A stretch of 64,000 nt of DNA, from NCBI GenBank assembly GCA_039802605.1, contig JBDRWW010000001.1, positions 32,001-96,000 on the forward strand, read 5' to 3'. Below the pieces are notes generated by a model that saw nothing but the letters and a program-made list of their open reading frames with translations, made no database searches and was not told the DNA's origin. Shown in pieces: positions 1-10,520 of this stretch. The DNA is from a candidate division WOR-3 bacterium. GTDB taxonomy: Bacteria > Hydrothermota > Hydrothermia > LBFQ01. The first letter of the stretch is position 1. Each line of letters begins with the position of its first letter. The position numbers and the translations under genes are program-made.

Positions 1-2
1 TA

Positions 3-944
3 AGGACACTTCCAAACGCCCAAGGGTTTATAGATATGGGCTTTACACCGGAACCCGACGGTTCAACAACCAAAGAGATCTTGGAAGAAGCGGCAAACGG
101 CGATATAGATGCGCTTATAATATGGGAGGTTGAACCATTATGGGAATATCCGGACGCGGATTTGGTAAAAAAGGCCTTGGAAAACACCCCTTTTGTTGTG
201 GTTATGTCGTCTTTTTGGGATCCTTCAACGGACTACGCATCCGTTATACTTCCCATAACTACACCTTATGAGGAAGAGGGAACGAGAACCAATTTGGAAG
301 GCAGGGTTCAGTATTGTAAGGATGCCCTTTGGCCATATGAGGGTAGCAGACCCGCGTGGTGGATTTTCAAAAACATAATAAGGGGATTGGGGGGAAAGGC
401 GGATTGGGATGGTGCAAAGGATGTGTTTGAAGAGATAAAGGAAAGGGTTTTGGTCTATCACAATATAAACCCTTATAAAGTTGAATACGAAGAACTCCCA
501 TACCCGGATTATATACCAACGGTTAGAAAGTTGAAAAAGGTCTTTAAATCTCCGAAAGTTGATTATAACTTCATCCCAGCCGATGTTAGATACTTTGATG
601 GTGGTGAAGAAATCAAGGAAAGGATTCTCTTATGGGCACCGCATATATACAAGGGGAGTTATTGGGCTTTCAGAAATCCAATACAAAAACCCTATATAGA
701 CGAGGAAACGGTATTCGCGTCCCCAGAGGAGTTGGCCGAATTGGGTATAAATGACGGCGCCAGGGTTTTATTGCGCATAGGCGGAAAAGAATACGGGTTT
801 AATGTAAAGGGAGATGAAAGGATTCCCAAGGGTTTGTGGCTTTTTAAAGGTTTATTCTACGATGTAGGAATAAATGGGGTTTTAAAGGGGATATATATAG
901 GGGTGGAAGATGTTGTGGTTTCTACTGAATACGCCGTCCAATAG
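3..944 (+). CDS. Molybdopterin-oxidoreductase-fold protein (NuoG/formate dehydrogenase alpha-like), C-terminal part, truncated by window edge
   Basis: Frame is open from base 3 (PNAQGFIDMG). Motifs ASVILP..EEEGTRTNLEGRVQ and RPAWWI, plus a C-terminal dinucleotide-binding-like region. Confidence 0.75.
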   Translation, partial: RTLPNAQGFIDMGFTPEPDGSTTKEILEEAANGDIDALIIWEVEPLWEYPDADLVKKALENTPFVVVMSSFWDPSTDYASVILPITTPYEEEGTRTNLEGRVQYCKDALWPYEGSRPAWWIFKNIIRGLGGKADWDGAKDVFEEIKERVLVYHNINPYKVEYEELPYPDYIPTVRKLKKVFKSPKVDYNFIPADVRYFDGGEEIKERILLWAPHIYKGSYWAFRNPIQKPYIDEETVFASPEELAELGINDGARVLLRIGGKEYGFNVKGDERIPKGLWLFKGLFYDVGINGVLKGIYIGVEDVVVSTEYAVQ

Positions 945-1938
945 GGAAATAGACAGTTTGATAATGCTTTCGTTGGAATTCACATATAGGGAAAATTATG
1001 GTGCCGCATTATCGTTTGCCGATGAGATAATAAAAAAATATCCAAACGAACCCGATGGATATTTCTTCAAAGCCGCAATATACGATTACTATATGGAAGA
1101 CTATCATAACGATAGGTATTCCAAAGAGTTTTTTGAAAACATGAAGATTGCGGAGGAAAAGGCAAAAGCAAAACTTTTGGGGTTAAACGATAAGACGGAA
1201 AGGGCTTGGATGTACTTTTATATTGCAGGAGCAGCCGGATACAGGGCTATAAGGGCTGGTAGGGCGGGTAACTATGTCGTGGCATTAAAGTACGCCCTTG
1301 AAGGGTTAAAACCCCTTAAAAAGGCATTAGAGGAAGATTCCACGGTATATGATATATATTTCCCACTAGGTATTTACCATTACGCCCTTTCAAAATCCCC
1401 CAACAGAATAGGAGTTATACCCACTTTTTTCCTTTCAAGGGACAGAGAAGAAGACAAGGAGAAGGGTATAAGATATTTACGCATGGCATGGGAAAAGGGT
1501 CGCTATACATCCACAGTTTCCGCATTAACCTTGGCTTGGGTTTTATCACAGGAGGGGAGGAGCAAAGAGGCTATACCCATTTTAAAGGGATATGTTGAGA
1601 AATATCCAGAGAGTAGATACTTTAAATGGGTTTATGGGTATCTGCTCGTTAAGGAAGGAAGGTTTCAAGAGGCCGAGGTTATATACGACAAGCTCCTTTA
1701 CCTGGTACTCAGGGATCAACCGGATTCACCATATAACGCCGTTTATGTCAGTTATTCTTTGGGTTATGTAAAGTTTTTCTTGGGTAAGTTTGAAGAAGCG
1801 CTACACTATTTCAATGTTGCCGAACAATACTATGAGAAAGCGCCACCAAATTTAAAAGGGGAATTAAGCGATGTTATAAATATGGTAAGGAAAATGAAGG
1901 AGAGGGCAAAGAGTAGGCTGGATGAAAAATGGAAGTAG
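910..1938 (+). CDS. TPR-repeat protein, probably exported
   Basis: Helical TPR-like repeats (YPNEPDGYFFKA, LGYVKFFLGKFEEALHYF) and a short hydrophobic N-terminus MLWFLL. Confidence 0.7.
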   Translation: MLWFLLNTPSNREIDSLIMLSLEFTYRENYGAALSFADEIIKKYPNEPDGYFFKAAIYDYYMEDYHNDRYSKEFFENMKIAEEKAKAKLLGLNDKTERAWMYFYIAGAAGYRAIRAGRAGNYVVALKYALEGLKPLKKALEEDSTVYDIYFPLGIYHYALSKSPNRIGVIPTFFLSRDREEDKEKGIRYLRMAWEKGRYTSTVSALTLAWVLSQEGRSKEAIPILKGYVEKYPESRYFKWVYGYLLVKEGRFQEAEVIYDKLLYLVLRDQPDSPYNAVYVSYSLGYVKFFLGKFEEALHYFNVAEQYYEKAPPNLKGELSDVINMVRKMKERAKSRLDEKWK

Positions 1939-4013
1939 GGTTTCAGGAGTTTTACAAAAGGTTAAGGGCGATTTTCAGGAGGGAGTGGAAAACAATAATA
2001 ATTATAGGTGTTTTTGGTTCAATATTTGCCGCCGTATTAAACATGATATTGAGGGGTATTCCAATATTTCAGGCAACACAATTATTGGTAATAAAGGGGG
2101 AACAAAGGGAAATCAGTATAATGCCCACGACCCAAGCACAACCTTATGGTACTCAAACCTCGGAAATAGATGTAATACTTTCAAAGATAAAATTCCCCGA
2201 ATTTTACGAAGGACTTTGGGATTCTTCGTTGGCTTATGAGGTTTTAAGGGGTGATATAAAAGGTATTAAGAAATTTGCCCCGGGAAAATACGATCAAAAT
2301 ACGGGCAAAGGTATAGTGATATGTCCCTGCTCAAAAAAATTTGAGGTTGTTATTTATGACGGTTTATCGCTCAGGGAAAGGTTATCCCAAGTAATTGGTA
2401 AAAAATTGGAAGATGGGAATACAAACCCATTTAGCACGGGTATAAAATTTTTTACAATATCTTATGTTTCTCCGGACAAAAGGTGGGCAAATAAGGCATC
2501 GGAATTGGTTGCAAATTGGATAATAAACAAACACCTTGAAGAGAAGAGGCAAAACCTTATAAGGCAAAAGCGTGCATTGGAAAATCTTATGGATTTTTAT
2601 AAAAAACAGATAGACCTATTTGCGGATGAATTAAAAGATATAAAGAAAACTTTGAAATATCCCGAATACGATGAGGAAGGAATTTATAAAATTTTGGTTG
2701 AATTAACAAACCAAAAAAACGCCATAATCAACCTTAAGCAAAAACTTTCGGATGGCAAGATAGACACATTTTTAATCCTGACCGGCGATAACACCTTAGA
2801 TGAACTGCAAAAGGAGAGAATAAAAAATATCGTAGATTACATAACTTTGAGAGCGGTTTTAGGGGATTCCCATCCGGAAGTGAAAGGTGTTCTCAAAAGG
2901 ATAACAAAGATTGATGGGCTAATGATAAAAAGCATAGATGAAAGGCTTTCCTACCTGAATTCAAGGGTACAATTTTTCAGGAGCATATTACCCGTTGTTA
3001 TAGAGGAGAGGGCAAAACTTTTAACCACGCAGAGAAATTTGGAAAACGCCGAAGATTTTTATATTGTACTCGGTCAAAACTTAAACGATGTTGAGGTAAA
3101 GCTTTCCAGTATAACACCGAATATAGAAATTATAGGAAAACCAAGAATATCCCTTTATAACCAATACACTAAAACGAGAAATGTTTTGCCCCTTGGGTTT
3201 TTCGCCGGTATATTGTTGGGTATTTTGTTTGCCATTTTAAGGGACCTTACAACCGAGTATGTTTTGGATGAAACATATCTTCCATTTGATAAGGATACGG
3301 TGATATCCCTTCCCAAGTTTTCCGAGGAGGATGCATTGCCCATAAATATGGTTTTGGAAAGGTTTTTGGATGTCAATTCTCCTGCTTTAAACGAATTTAG
3401 AAAAATAGCCTTTAAGTTAAATGTTTTTGATGATTTAAAGGAACTTATAATTGTAACCAGCACCCAGAGTGGTGAAGGTAAAACCTTTGTAAGCGCCAAC
3501 CTAGCCGCCACCTTATCGATATCGGGTATTCCCACTTTACTCGTGGATGGAGATGTAAGGGCGAGGAGTTTAAGCGATTTTCTGGGATATCTGGGTAAAG
3601 GTGGATATGCCGATGATAATTTCAACCCTTACAGCATATCCGATAACTTACTCTTTTTACCGGTGGGGAAATCGGAGGTTGATATATTGGCGGCTTTTAG
3701 AAAACTTATAAAACACCTGGAAGATTTTACGGGGGAATATCTTATCGTTATAGATATGCCTCCCGTTGGGGTATCACCGGAGATGAAATTGTTGGAGAAA
3801 TTTGCAAGCAAACATATCTTGGTTACGCGATACAATTATACGCTTAGGGATTCCTTTAAAGGTTTGGAGATTGAACCATCGGTGGTTATTTTCAACTTTG
3901 CCGGAGAAAGGTCAAGGTATTATTCAAAGTATTATTCAAAATACCAAGGGAGAAAACCGAAGAAAAAACTTATTAATAGGTTTTTGGGATTTTTTAAACG
4001 GGATAGAAAATGA
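1929..4013 (+). CDS. Wzc-like polysaccharide co-polymerase / bacterial tyrosine kinase
   Basis: Two TM segments flank a coiled coil. Walker A STQSGEGKT, A' LLVDGDVR, B IVIDMPP, and C-terminal Tyr cluster RYYSKYYSKY. Confidence 0.85.
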   Translation: MEVGFQEFYKRLRAIFRREWKTIIIIGVFGSIFAAVLNMILRGIPIFQATQLLVIKGEQREISIMPTTQAQPYGTQTSEIDVILSKIKFPEFYEGLWDSSLAYEVLRGDIKGIKKFAPGKYDQNTGKGIVICPCSKKFEVVIYDGLSLRERLSQVIGKKLEDGNTNPFSTGIKFFTISYVSPDKRWANKASELVANWIINKHLEEKRQNLIRQKRALENLMDFYKKQIDLFADELKDIKKTLKYPEYDEEGIYKILVELTNQKNAIINLKQKLSDGKIDTFLILTGDNTLDELQKERIKNIVDYITLRAVLGDSHPEVKGVLKRITKIDGLMIKSIDERLSYLNSRVQFFRSILPVVIEERAKLLTTQRNLENAEDFYIVLGQNLNDVEVKLSSITPNIEIIGKPRISLYNQYTKTRNVLPLGFFAGILLGILFAILRDLTTEYVLDETYLPFDKDTVISLPKFSEEDALPINMVLERFLDVNSPALNEFRKIAFKLNVFDDLKELIIVTSTQSGEGKTFVSANLAATLSISGIPTLLVDGDVRARSLSDFLGYLGKGGYADDNFNPYSISDNLLFLPVGKSEVDILAAFRKLIKHLEDFTGEYLIVIDMPPVGVSPEMKLLEKFASKHILVTRYNYTLRDSFKGLEIEPSVVIFNFAGERSRYYSKYYSKYQGRKPKKKLINRFLGFFKRDRK
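3917..3940 (+). repeat. 12-bp tandem duplication GTATTATTCAAA x2 encoding the Tyr cluster
   Basis: Read directly from the sequence. Confidence 0.9.
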
Positions 4014-4720
4014 AATGGGAGCTATTAAGCACATACGACGAGTTTTTTAAAAGGGTATTCTTTCCGGTTGGTACCGTTGAACCCCACGGTCCTTTACCCG
4101 TTGGTACGGACAACATAGCCGCAGAGTATATAGCCCATAGCCTTGCAAAGGAGTTTAACGCCGCCGTTATACCTCTAATGCCCTTTGGTGTAAATAGGTC
4201 TTTATACGGGTATAAAGGCGGTATATCAATATCCCCCAAAACCTTTAAGGGTGTAATATACGATGTGTGTAAGTCGTTAAAATTCAGCGGTGTAGAGGAG
4301 TTGGTAATATTCAACGGCCACGGGGGAAATACGCAGCATTTAAAAGATGTAATGTATAGGGTTTATACCGAACTGGGTATAAAGTGCGCGTCTATTGATT
4401 GGTGGGTTATAGATGAAAGGGCTTCTTACGAGGTTTTTGGTAGGGTTGGAGGACACGGGGGTATAGAGGAGTTTGCCTTGGTTTATATGGCCTACCCGGA
4501 AATTAAACAAAAGGTTTTGGGAGAATTCAAGGCATATTATCCAAGGACAGGGGTTTCAACATATCCATCCCCGAGGTCCATTCTACTGTACAACGAGGGT
4601 AAAAGTGAGGGCTATGATGTTGACGAAGAAAAGATAAAAACCTTTGTTAATAGAATTCTTAACGGGATAAGGGGTGTTTTAAAGGAAATATTTGAAGGTT
4701 GGGAAGACCTATCTAGGTAG
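4010..4720 (+). CDS. Creatininase-family amidohydrolase
   Basis: PVGTVEPHGPLPVGTD, NGHGGN, HGGIEE metal-binding motifs. ATGA coupling to the upstream gene. Confidence 0.85.
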   Translation: MKWELLSTYDEFFKRVFFPVGTVEPHGPLPVGTDNIAAEYIAHSLAKEFNAAVIPLMPFGVNRSLYGYKGGISISPKTFKGVIYDVCKSLKFSGVEELVIFNGHGGNTQHLKDVMYRVYTELGIKCASIDWWVIDERASYEVFGRVGGHGGIEEFALVYMAYPEIKQKVLGEFKAYYPRTGVSTYPSPRSILLYNEGKSEGYDVDEEKIKTFVNRILNGIRGVLKEIFEGWEDLSR

Positions 4721-6784
4721 GAATATATCAAGGACACCCCTCTTTATGGCTATTTCGGGTATAGCCTTCACATAAATCCTTACATCGTAAACGGATATGC
4801 CGCTAAACCACGACCACCTAGCCTCCAATACCCAACAGTGTAAATCCCTCTTAACATTTAAGGTTTGATCCAAAAACCTCTTGTTTATAAAATCGTAGGT
4901 GAAATAGTAAGAAAGTGTCCAATGTTTTGTTGGACTTCCGGAAACGGTAAATTTTACCAAACTTTGGGATGGGGATATGGTATCACCAAAGGCGTAGGTA
5001 TATGTAAATCCAAAGTTCCAAGGTAAGAATTGTGGCCTGTTTATTTCCAAAACCTCCTCCTCTGTAAATGTTGTGTCCTTCTTTAATGTATCGGTTGTAT
5101 CTCTTTTGATCCCAAAACCCACAATTTCGTTTAAGGAAAATGAGCCAAAGTTTAGAATTATTTGAGTTCCAAAGGCTTTTTTATCGTAATAGTCATAATT
5201 TGTATATACGGTTGCGGTTATTTTGTTTATAGGGGTAAGGTTTGCGTTTAACCTTATGGGGGATATTTTTCCGCTATCCAAAATGTAATCCGTGAATGCC
5301 CCCCACTGTAAAAATGTCCCCTTTTTTACAACCGTATCCCTTTGAAACTTATACTCGTATGTGTTATCCAACGAAAGGGTTAAACCTTTACTCTCCATTC
5401 CCATTACCGTTTTACTCCCCCCAATATTTACACTATCACCCCTACCCTGATAAAAAAATGAAACGCCCGGTTTAACTATGTGTCTAAACTTCCTTATTGG
5501 CCCTAAACCAAAGAGGGAAACACCGTATAGGGTTGTTGATACTGGAATACTAAACCCCCAAACTTTCGCCAGGTATGTTGAATCCGTTGTTGTTGTATTC
5601 AAATATGCGGAGGGGGATAAGGAGAAGTAAAATATATTATATGTGGTTGATAAGTTATGGGATGAGTTTAACATCCTATAACCACTCCTATTACCGAGGG
5701 AATCAATGTTCTCCTGCTGAACCAAATAAAGGGAGTTGGAAAAGGAAGCGCCAAAGATGTTTAAAGGGAGCAAACCGAGATTGATTTCCGGAATTTTTCT
5801 ACTCGTAGTGTTTCTTAAAGGGTCATATCTGTTATATGCGTTTATACCCAAAAGGCCAAACTTACCCAGGCTTCTCCTTGCGGTTATGTACGAAACCAAC
5901 TCGCTTTGCACCCAATTATCCTTTACCTCCGCGTAATCTTGAATATAATACGCATCGGATACAAAATCGCCACGGGAGTTTATGTCAAAACCGAGAAGGG
6001 TTTGATTGTGTCCCCCCTTTAAACTCCACCTCCTCCTATAACCCTCATTTCCCACCAAGTCATAAGCATAAGAGAAGTTGATATTACCGTTTAGGAGTTT
6101 ATACACATTATAAACATAATCCGCGGAAAACCTAACACCCCTCTTTTCAATTATATCGGCGGATAGGGTTATATCTTGGAAGTTGTTTATAACGAGATAA
6201 AAGGAGAGGTTTCTTATATATCTTCCGTCTTGGGAACTATAACCCACGGAAGGGGGTAAAAAACCGCTTGATCTATCTTTACCCACCGGTAAGAACCAAA
6301 AAGGGGCTGCCAAAACCGGTATATCCATAATGTAGAATATCAAGGGTCTAACCACCGCCAAATCTTTCTTTATAACCCTCATCCTTGACGATACAAACCT
6401 ATAATGTGGCTCTTCCAATTCGCAGGTTGTGAAGGAACCGCTTTTTACATAAACGGAGTTTTCGGAAGTTTTATAAACCGTATCACCCTCAACCCAACCT
6501 TTTTCTATAAATGTTCTACTCTTGGCCGCTATACCGGTACCCCTGTCTATGTTATACTTTAAATAACCACCCCTGGTTTGCGATTTTCCGTCCCTAAGTA
6601 AAAAGTTTCCTTTGGCCTCAACCACATTAAGGTCTTTCCAGTACCTTATCGTATCGGCAAACAATTCAACACCCTCTGAAGTTCTAACATAGGCGCTGTC
6701 GTAAAGTATTACCAGGGCACTATCCGGGAAATACTCCAAATATCCCCCCCTAAATACAACCTCCGATATCAAAAGGTTTATCAT
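4709..6784 (-). CDS. lptD: LPS-assembly outer-membrane protein LptD
   Basis: OstA-like N-domain, [18 protein letters not shown], and C-terminal RDLHCW. Start placed at ATG 6784 (ATGA overlap with the queF stop), not 6835. Confidence 0.8.
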   Translation of the reverse strand: MINLLISEVVFRGGYLEYFPDSALVILYDSAYVRTSEGVELFADTIRYWKDLNVVEAKGNFLLRDGKSQTRGGYLKYNIDRGTGIAAKSRTFIEKGWVEGDTVYKTSENSVYVKSGSFTTCELEEPHYRFVSSRMRVIKKDLAVVRPLIFYIMDIPVLAAPFWFLPVGKDRSSGFLPPSVGYSSQDGRYIRNLSFYLVINNFQDITLSADIIEKRGVRFSADYVYNVYKLLNGNINFSYAYDLVGNEGYRRRWSLKGGHNQTLLGFDINSRGDFVSDAYYIQDYAEVKDNWVQSELVSYITARRSLGKFGLLGINAYNRYDPLRNTTSRKIPEINLGLLPLNIFGASFSNSLYLVQQENIDSLGNRSGYRMLNSSHNLSTTYNIFYFSLSPSAYLNTTTTDSTYLAKVWGFSIPVSTTLYGVSLFGLGPIRKFRHIVKPGVSFFYQGRGDSVNIGGSKTVMGMESKGLTLSLDNTYEYKFQRDTVVKKGTFLQWGAFTDYILDSGKISPIRLNANLTPINKITATVYTNYDYYDKKAFGTQIILNFGSFSLNEIVGFGIKRDTTDTLKKDTTFTEEEVLEINRPQFLPWNFGFTYTYAFGDTISPSQSLVKFTVSGSPTKHWTLSYYFTYDFINKRFLDQTLNVKRDLHCWVLEARWSWFSGISVYDVRIYVKAIPEIAIKRGVLDIFLPR

Positions 6785-7152
6785 TTCTCCCTTTCTACCT
6801 TTACAACGGTTTTTACATTCCCCCTTGGATTCCAATCCCCTATTACGATCAGTTTTCTCGGTTTAAGAAGATTCCATAGGGCGTCAAAAACCTCATTGGT
6901 CGCCGCCTCATGGGAAATATACCTGTTCCTAAACTTGTTTAGCCAGAGTTTTAAAGAACGCAGTTCAACAATGTATTTATCTGGGATGTATTTTATATGA
7001 AATGTTGCAAAATCGGGGTAGCCGGATCTTGGGCATAAACATGTAAATTCCGGAAATGTTATTTCTATCCAATAATCCCTATCCGGATAAGGGTTATCCC
7101 AAGCCTCTAATTCCGCCTCTTCAATAGCCTTCTCGCCGTATTTCTTTTCCAT
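6781..7152 (-). CDS. queF: NADPH-dependent 7-cyano-7-deazaguanine reductase (preQ1 synthase, type I)
   Basis: [30 protein letters not shown] motifs. Confidence 0.95.
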   Translation of the reverse strand: MEKKYGEKAIEEAELEAWDNPYPDRDYWIEITFPEFTCLCPRSGYPDFATFHIKYIPDKYIVELRSLKLWLNKFRNRYISHEAATNEVFDALWNLLKPRKLIVIGDWNPRGNVKTVVKVEREK

Positions 7153-7160
7153 AAACGGGA

Positions 7161-7322
7161 ATTATATCTACGAACAAGTTAGTTTATTCAACGCTATGTT
7201 TTGCGGTTATTTATAGTGCGGATGTCCAGAATGTGGGCATAAATTTGAAATAAATATAACAGCAGGAACTCATTTCATCCGCAGTTATTTAAATATTAAG
7301 CCAAAATTTTCAAGTATATAAT
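7161..7322. promoter_or_regulatory. Divergent -10 boxes: TATAAT (-) 7161-7166, 8 nt before queF; TATAAT (+) 7317-7322, 10 nt before ATG 7333
   Basis: Same spacing pattern as at all other unit heads. Confidence 0.65.
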
Positions 7323-7332
7323 ATTCACTTTT

Positions 7333-7503
7333 ATGAAAGGATATCCATTACATAAAGAGGGTTTTCACCCAGAGGGAAATATATACGAACAACTCGCATA
7401 TCTTTATAACCAGGTAGGATATCCGAATAGTTCGGATATGAACGATTTGTCCGAAATTGTGTGCGATGGGATTAAATATTTGAATGAGTATAAGGTGCAA
7501 TGA
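7333..7503 (+). CDS. Small hypothetical protein, 56 aa (MKGYPLHKEGFHPEG...IKYLNEYKVQ), below the ORF-track cutoff
   Basis: Open frame read by hand. -10 box upstream, and its TGA overlaps the methyltransferase ATG (ATGA). Confidence 0.5.
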   Translation: MKGYPLHKEGFHPEGNIYEQLAYLYNQVGYPNSSDMNDLSEIVCDGIKYLNEYKVQ

Positions 7504-8285
7504 TGAGCGAAAATAAGAAAATAGGGAAATTTCAGATTGACGAGATATATTGTGGAGATGCTCTGCAATTGATGAAAGATCTCCCCCCTGAAGTTATAGA
7601 TTTAATTGTAACTGATCCACCTTTCGCCATTGACTTCAAAGCAAAACGTAATAATTACAATCGTACACAGGACAGAGTATTGGAAGGATATAATGAAATA
7701 CCAAAGGAAAAATATTACGACTTTACTGTTAATTGGATGAGAGAAGCATATCGTATCTTAAAGAAAACCGGTAGTATGTATGTGTTCTCTGGCTGGACCA
7801 ACTTAAAAGATATACTTAATGCCTTGGATGAAGTAGGTTTCATAACAATAAACCACTTAATTTGGAAATATCAATTTGGAGTTTTTACCAAAAGAAAATA
7901 TGTTACAAGTCATTATCATATTTTGTTTGTGGTCAAGGATGAGAAAAAATACAAATTTAATAAAATTGAGCGCTATCCCGAAGATGTATGGATAATTAAT
8001 AGGGAATATTGGACGGGCAAAATTAAAACGCCCACGAAATTACCTGTAGAACTTGTTAAAAAAATTCTTTTGTTTAGTAGTGATGAAGGAGATATAGTTT
8101 TTGATCCTTTTTTGGGATCAGGTACAGTTGCTGTGGTTGCAAAGATGCTCGGAAGACACTATTTGGGATTTGAGATCGTTCCAGAATACTATGAATTTGC
8201 AAAAGAAAGAATATCTAAGGTTCAAATGAGTCTATTTAAGCGGATTGATGGTGAAAAATTTGGAGGCGCAAAGAATGATGTTTGA
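7500..8285 (+). CDS. Site-specific DNA methyltransferase, beta class (N4-C/N6-A)
   Basis: Motif IV TDPPF precedes motif I FDPFLGSGT. Also PTKLP. Confidence 0.92.
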   Translation: MMSENKKIGKFQIDEIYCGDALQLMKDLPPEVIDLIVTDPPFAIDFKAKRNNYNRTQDRVLEGYNEIPKEKYYDFTVNWMREAYRILKKTGSMYVFSGWTNLKDILNALDEVGFITINHLIWKYQFGVFTKRKYVTSHYHILFVVKDEKKYKFNKIERYPEDVWIINREYWTGKIKTPTKLPVELVKKILLFSSDEGDIVFDPFLGSGTVAVVAKMLGRHYLGFEIVPEYYEFAKERISKVQMSLFKRIDGEKFGGAKNDV

Positions 8286-8845
8286 AAATGCCAGAAAAAT
8301 ATTTAAAGATATAAGAAGTAATCTTGCAAGTGATAAATATCGGGAAAATGTTCGTGAATTTCAGACTTGCATATGATTATGACACCGCAAACTGGGAAAA
8401 CAGATTTGTGGTAGGGGGAGCGTTAGAAATTCTCTTTTGTGCATTATTGAATTCCATTGGCTACAAATGTAGGTGGATTAAAGAAGCTAGGTACGATATA
8501 GAAATAAATGGCATCAAATTTTCAATGAAAAGCAATTTTACGGGAACAGGAGACATAATTGTAGATTGGGAAGAACCAACATTATTTTTTATAAGTGATG
8601 TGGGTATATGCTATGCCGATCCGGAAATGGGATTGGAAACAAGACATACCCATGATGCCCTTGTTATAAATACAAGGCAAATAAAAGAATTAATTAAGCG
8701 TAATGATATCTGGCTAATTCCTATAGAAATCCCAAAGAAACCGAAGAGTTCGGTAAAAATTAAAACCGCAAGTTATGATGTTGCAAAAGCCATTCTGGAA
8801 GAAATCAATAGCAAACATTTAAGGCAAAATCTACCGGAGGTATGA
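8275..8845 (+). pseudogene. Probable frameshifted type II restriction endonuclease
   Basis: GGAGG at 8262-8266, then ATG 8275 opens a 33-codon ORF ending at 8376. The remainder continues in the +1 frame to 8845 with a PD-(D/E)xK-like YD...SMK segment. Adjacent to the MTase. Confidence 0.55.
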
Positions 8846-8876
8846 TATTTAGCTTACCCAAAAAATCATTCCAGTA

Positions 8877-8882
8877 TATAAT
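8877..8882 (+). promoter_or_regulatory. -10 box TATAAT, 8 nt before efp ATG
   Basis: Recurring motif and spacing. Confidence 0.7.
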
Positions 8883-8890
8883 AAACGGAA

Positions 8891-9439
8891 ATGGCGGCTA
8901 TAAGGGTTGGTTCGGTTATAAGGTATCAGGGAGATGAATATGTTGTTCTGGACTATAAGCATTCCCACCGGGGAAGGGGTGGGGCAACCATAAGCTTAAA
9001 GTTAAAGAACTTACGCACAGGACAAGTCCAAACCTTCACCCTAAGGGATACGGACGAGGTTGAGGATGTAATGGTTGAAAAGAAACCCGCAATATTCTCC
9101 TACATTGACGGTGAGTACTACCACTTTTTGGATAACGAGACTTATGAGGATATAACATTTCATAGGGATGACCTCGGGGAAATGGTTTATTATCTCAAAG
9201 AGGGGTTAGAAGTTTTAATAATATATGCCGATAATCGCCCCGTTAGTATAGAACTTCCCACATATGTGGAGTTAAAAGTTGTTGAGGCGCCTCCGGGTGT
9301 AAGGGGTAATACCGTACAAGGGGGTACAAAACCCATAAAACTTGAGACCGGATTGGTGGTAAATGCCCCCCTGTTTATTGAAGAAGGGGATGTAATTAAA
9401 GTTGATACCCGTACGGGTGAATACATAGGGAGGGCATAA
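8891..9439 (+). CDS. efp: Translation elongation factor P
   Basis: [40 protein letters not shown]. Confidence 0.97.
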   Translation: MAAIRVGSVIRYQGDEYVVLDYKHSHRGRGGATISLKLKNLRTGQVQTFTLRDTDEVEDVMVEKKPAIFSYIDGEYYHFLDNETYEDITFHRDDLGEMVYYLKEGLEVLIIYADNRPVSIELPTYVELKVVEAPPGVRGNTVQGGTKPIKLETGLVVNAPLFIEEGDVIKVDTRTGEYIGRA

Positions 9440-9921
9440 TGGAAAAAGATATAGATATAAACCTTTTGGAACAAATAATCAAACTCTTTAAAGATAGCGA
9501 TGTGGCACAAATGGAGTTATCCACAAGGTATTTTAAAATCAAGCTCTCAAAATATCCGGAAAACCAACATTTTCCCAATATTCCCATAAGCAATATACAA
9601 TTCATACCTCCACAAACCCAACAGGTACCTCAACCGGCGCAAACCGAAACAAAAGGCGAAGAACCCAAAGAGGAAAAAAATATCCATATAGTGAAATCAC
9701 CAATGGTTGGGACCTTTTACAGGGCTCCCGCTCCGGGGGCAAAACCCTTTGTTGATGTTGGTAGTAAGGTAAAGAAAGGGGATGTACTTTGCATCATAGA
9801 GGCGATGAAGATAATGAATGAGATAAAATCGGATGTAGATGGTGTTGTTGAGGAAATTTTGGTGGAAAACGGCCAGCCCGTAGAGTACGGGCAACCTTTA
9901 TTTAAGATAAGAATAGAATGA
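9439..9921 (+). CDS. accB: Acetyl-CoA carboxylase biotin carboxyl carrier protein
   Basis: [11 protein letters not shown] and the EAMK biotinylation motif. Confidence 0.95.
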   Translation: MEKDIDINLLEQIIKLFKDSDVAQMELSTRYFKIKLSKYPENQHFPNIPISNIQFIPPQTQQVPQPAQTETKGEEPKEEKNIHIVKSPMVGTFYRAPAPGAKPFVDVGSKVKKGDVLCIIEAMKIMNEIKSDVDGVVEEILVENGQPVEYGQPLFKIRIE

Positions 9922-10520
9922 GTGAAGGTGGGGAACGGATAAGAAAGCGATTTATTTTAGGTCTTGTAATAATCACCCCAATATTCATAACTATATGGGT
10001 TGTTATCGCCATAACAAACCTTTTTGTGGGATGGATCGCAAACGCGCTATCCAGCATACCTGCACTAAAACCCCTACCTTATCCCCTTATGCTTTTTATA
10101 TCGGTTATATTTGTACTTATGGTTATATATCTTGTGGGTTTAGCTGCATCCACATATGTTGGTAAGGTGGCAATTGACATAATGGATACATTTGTCTTAA
10201 ATATACCCTTACTGAACTATGTATATCGTATATCCAAGGAAACGGTAAAGGCCTTTTATAACCTACCAACAAAAAATGTTTTTAAAGGTGTTGTTTGGGT
10301 GAAAATAGGGGAAAATGCCAAATTATTGGGTTTTATTACGGATATATACGGGGATAGTATTTGCGTTTTTATACCTTCCACACCGAACCCGACAACGGGT
10401 TTTACCCTCTTGGTAAGTAAAGATAGTATAGAAAACGCGGATATTGGTGTTGAAGATGGTTTAAAGTTTGTTATATCCGGAGGAATTGTAAATGTTTTTC
10501 AAAAAGGACGAATTGGGTAA
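9918..10520 (+). CDS. DUF502-family membrane protein
   Basis: N-terminal TM helices, [22 protein letters not shown]. Confidence 0.85.
   Translation: MSEGGERIRKRFILGLVIITPIFITIWVVIAITNLFVGWIANALSSIPALKPLPYPLMLFISVIFVLMVIYLVGLAASTYVGKVAIDIMDTFVLNIPLLNYVYRISKETVKAFYNLPTKNVFKGVVWVKIGENAKLLGFITDIYGDSICVFIPSTPNPTTGFTLLVSKDSIENADIGVEDGLKFVISGGIVNVFQKGRIG

Noticed and set aside
3917..3940. Tandem repeat as a phase-variation site
   Set aside because: In-frame two-copy repeat explained by the normal BY-kinase Tyr cluster.
7153..7332. Possible preQ1 riboswitch upstream of queF
   Set aside because: No recognisable aptamer, and the -10 box 8 nt from the ATG leaves no leader.
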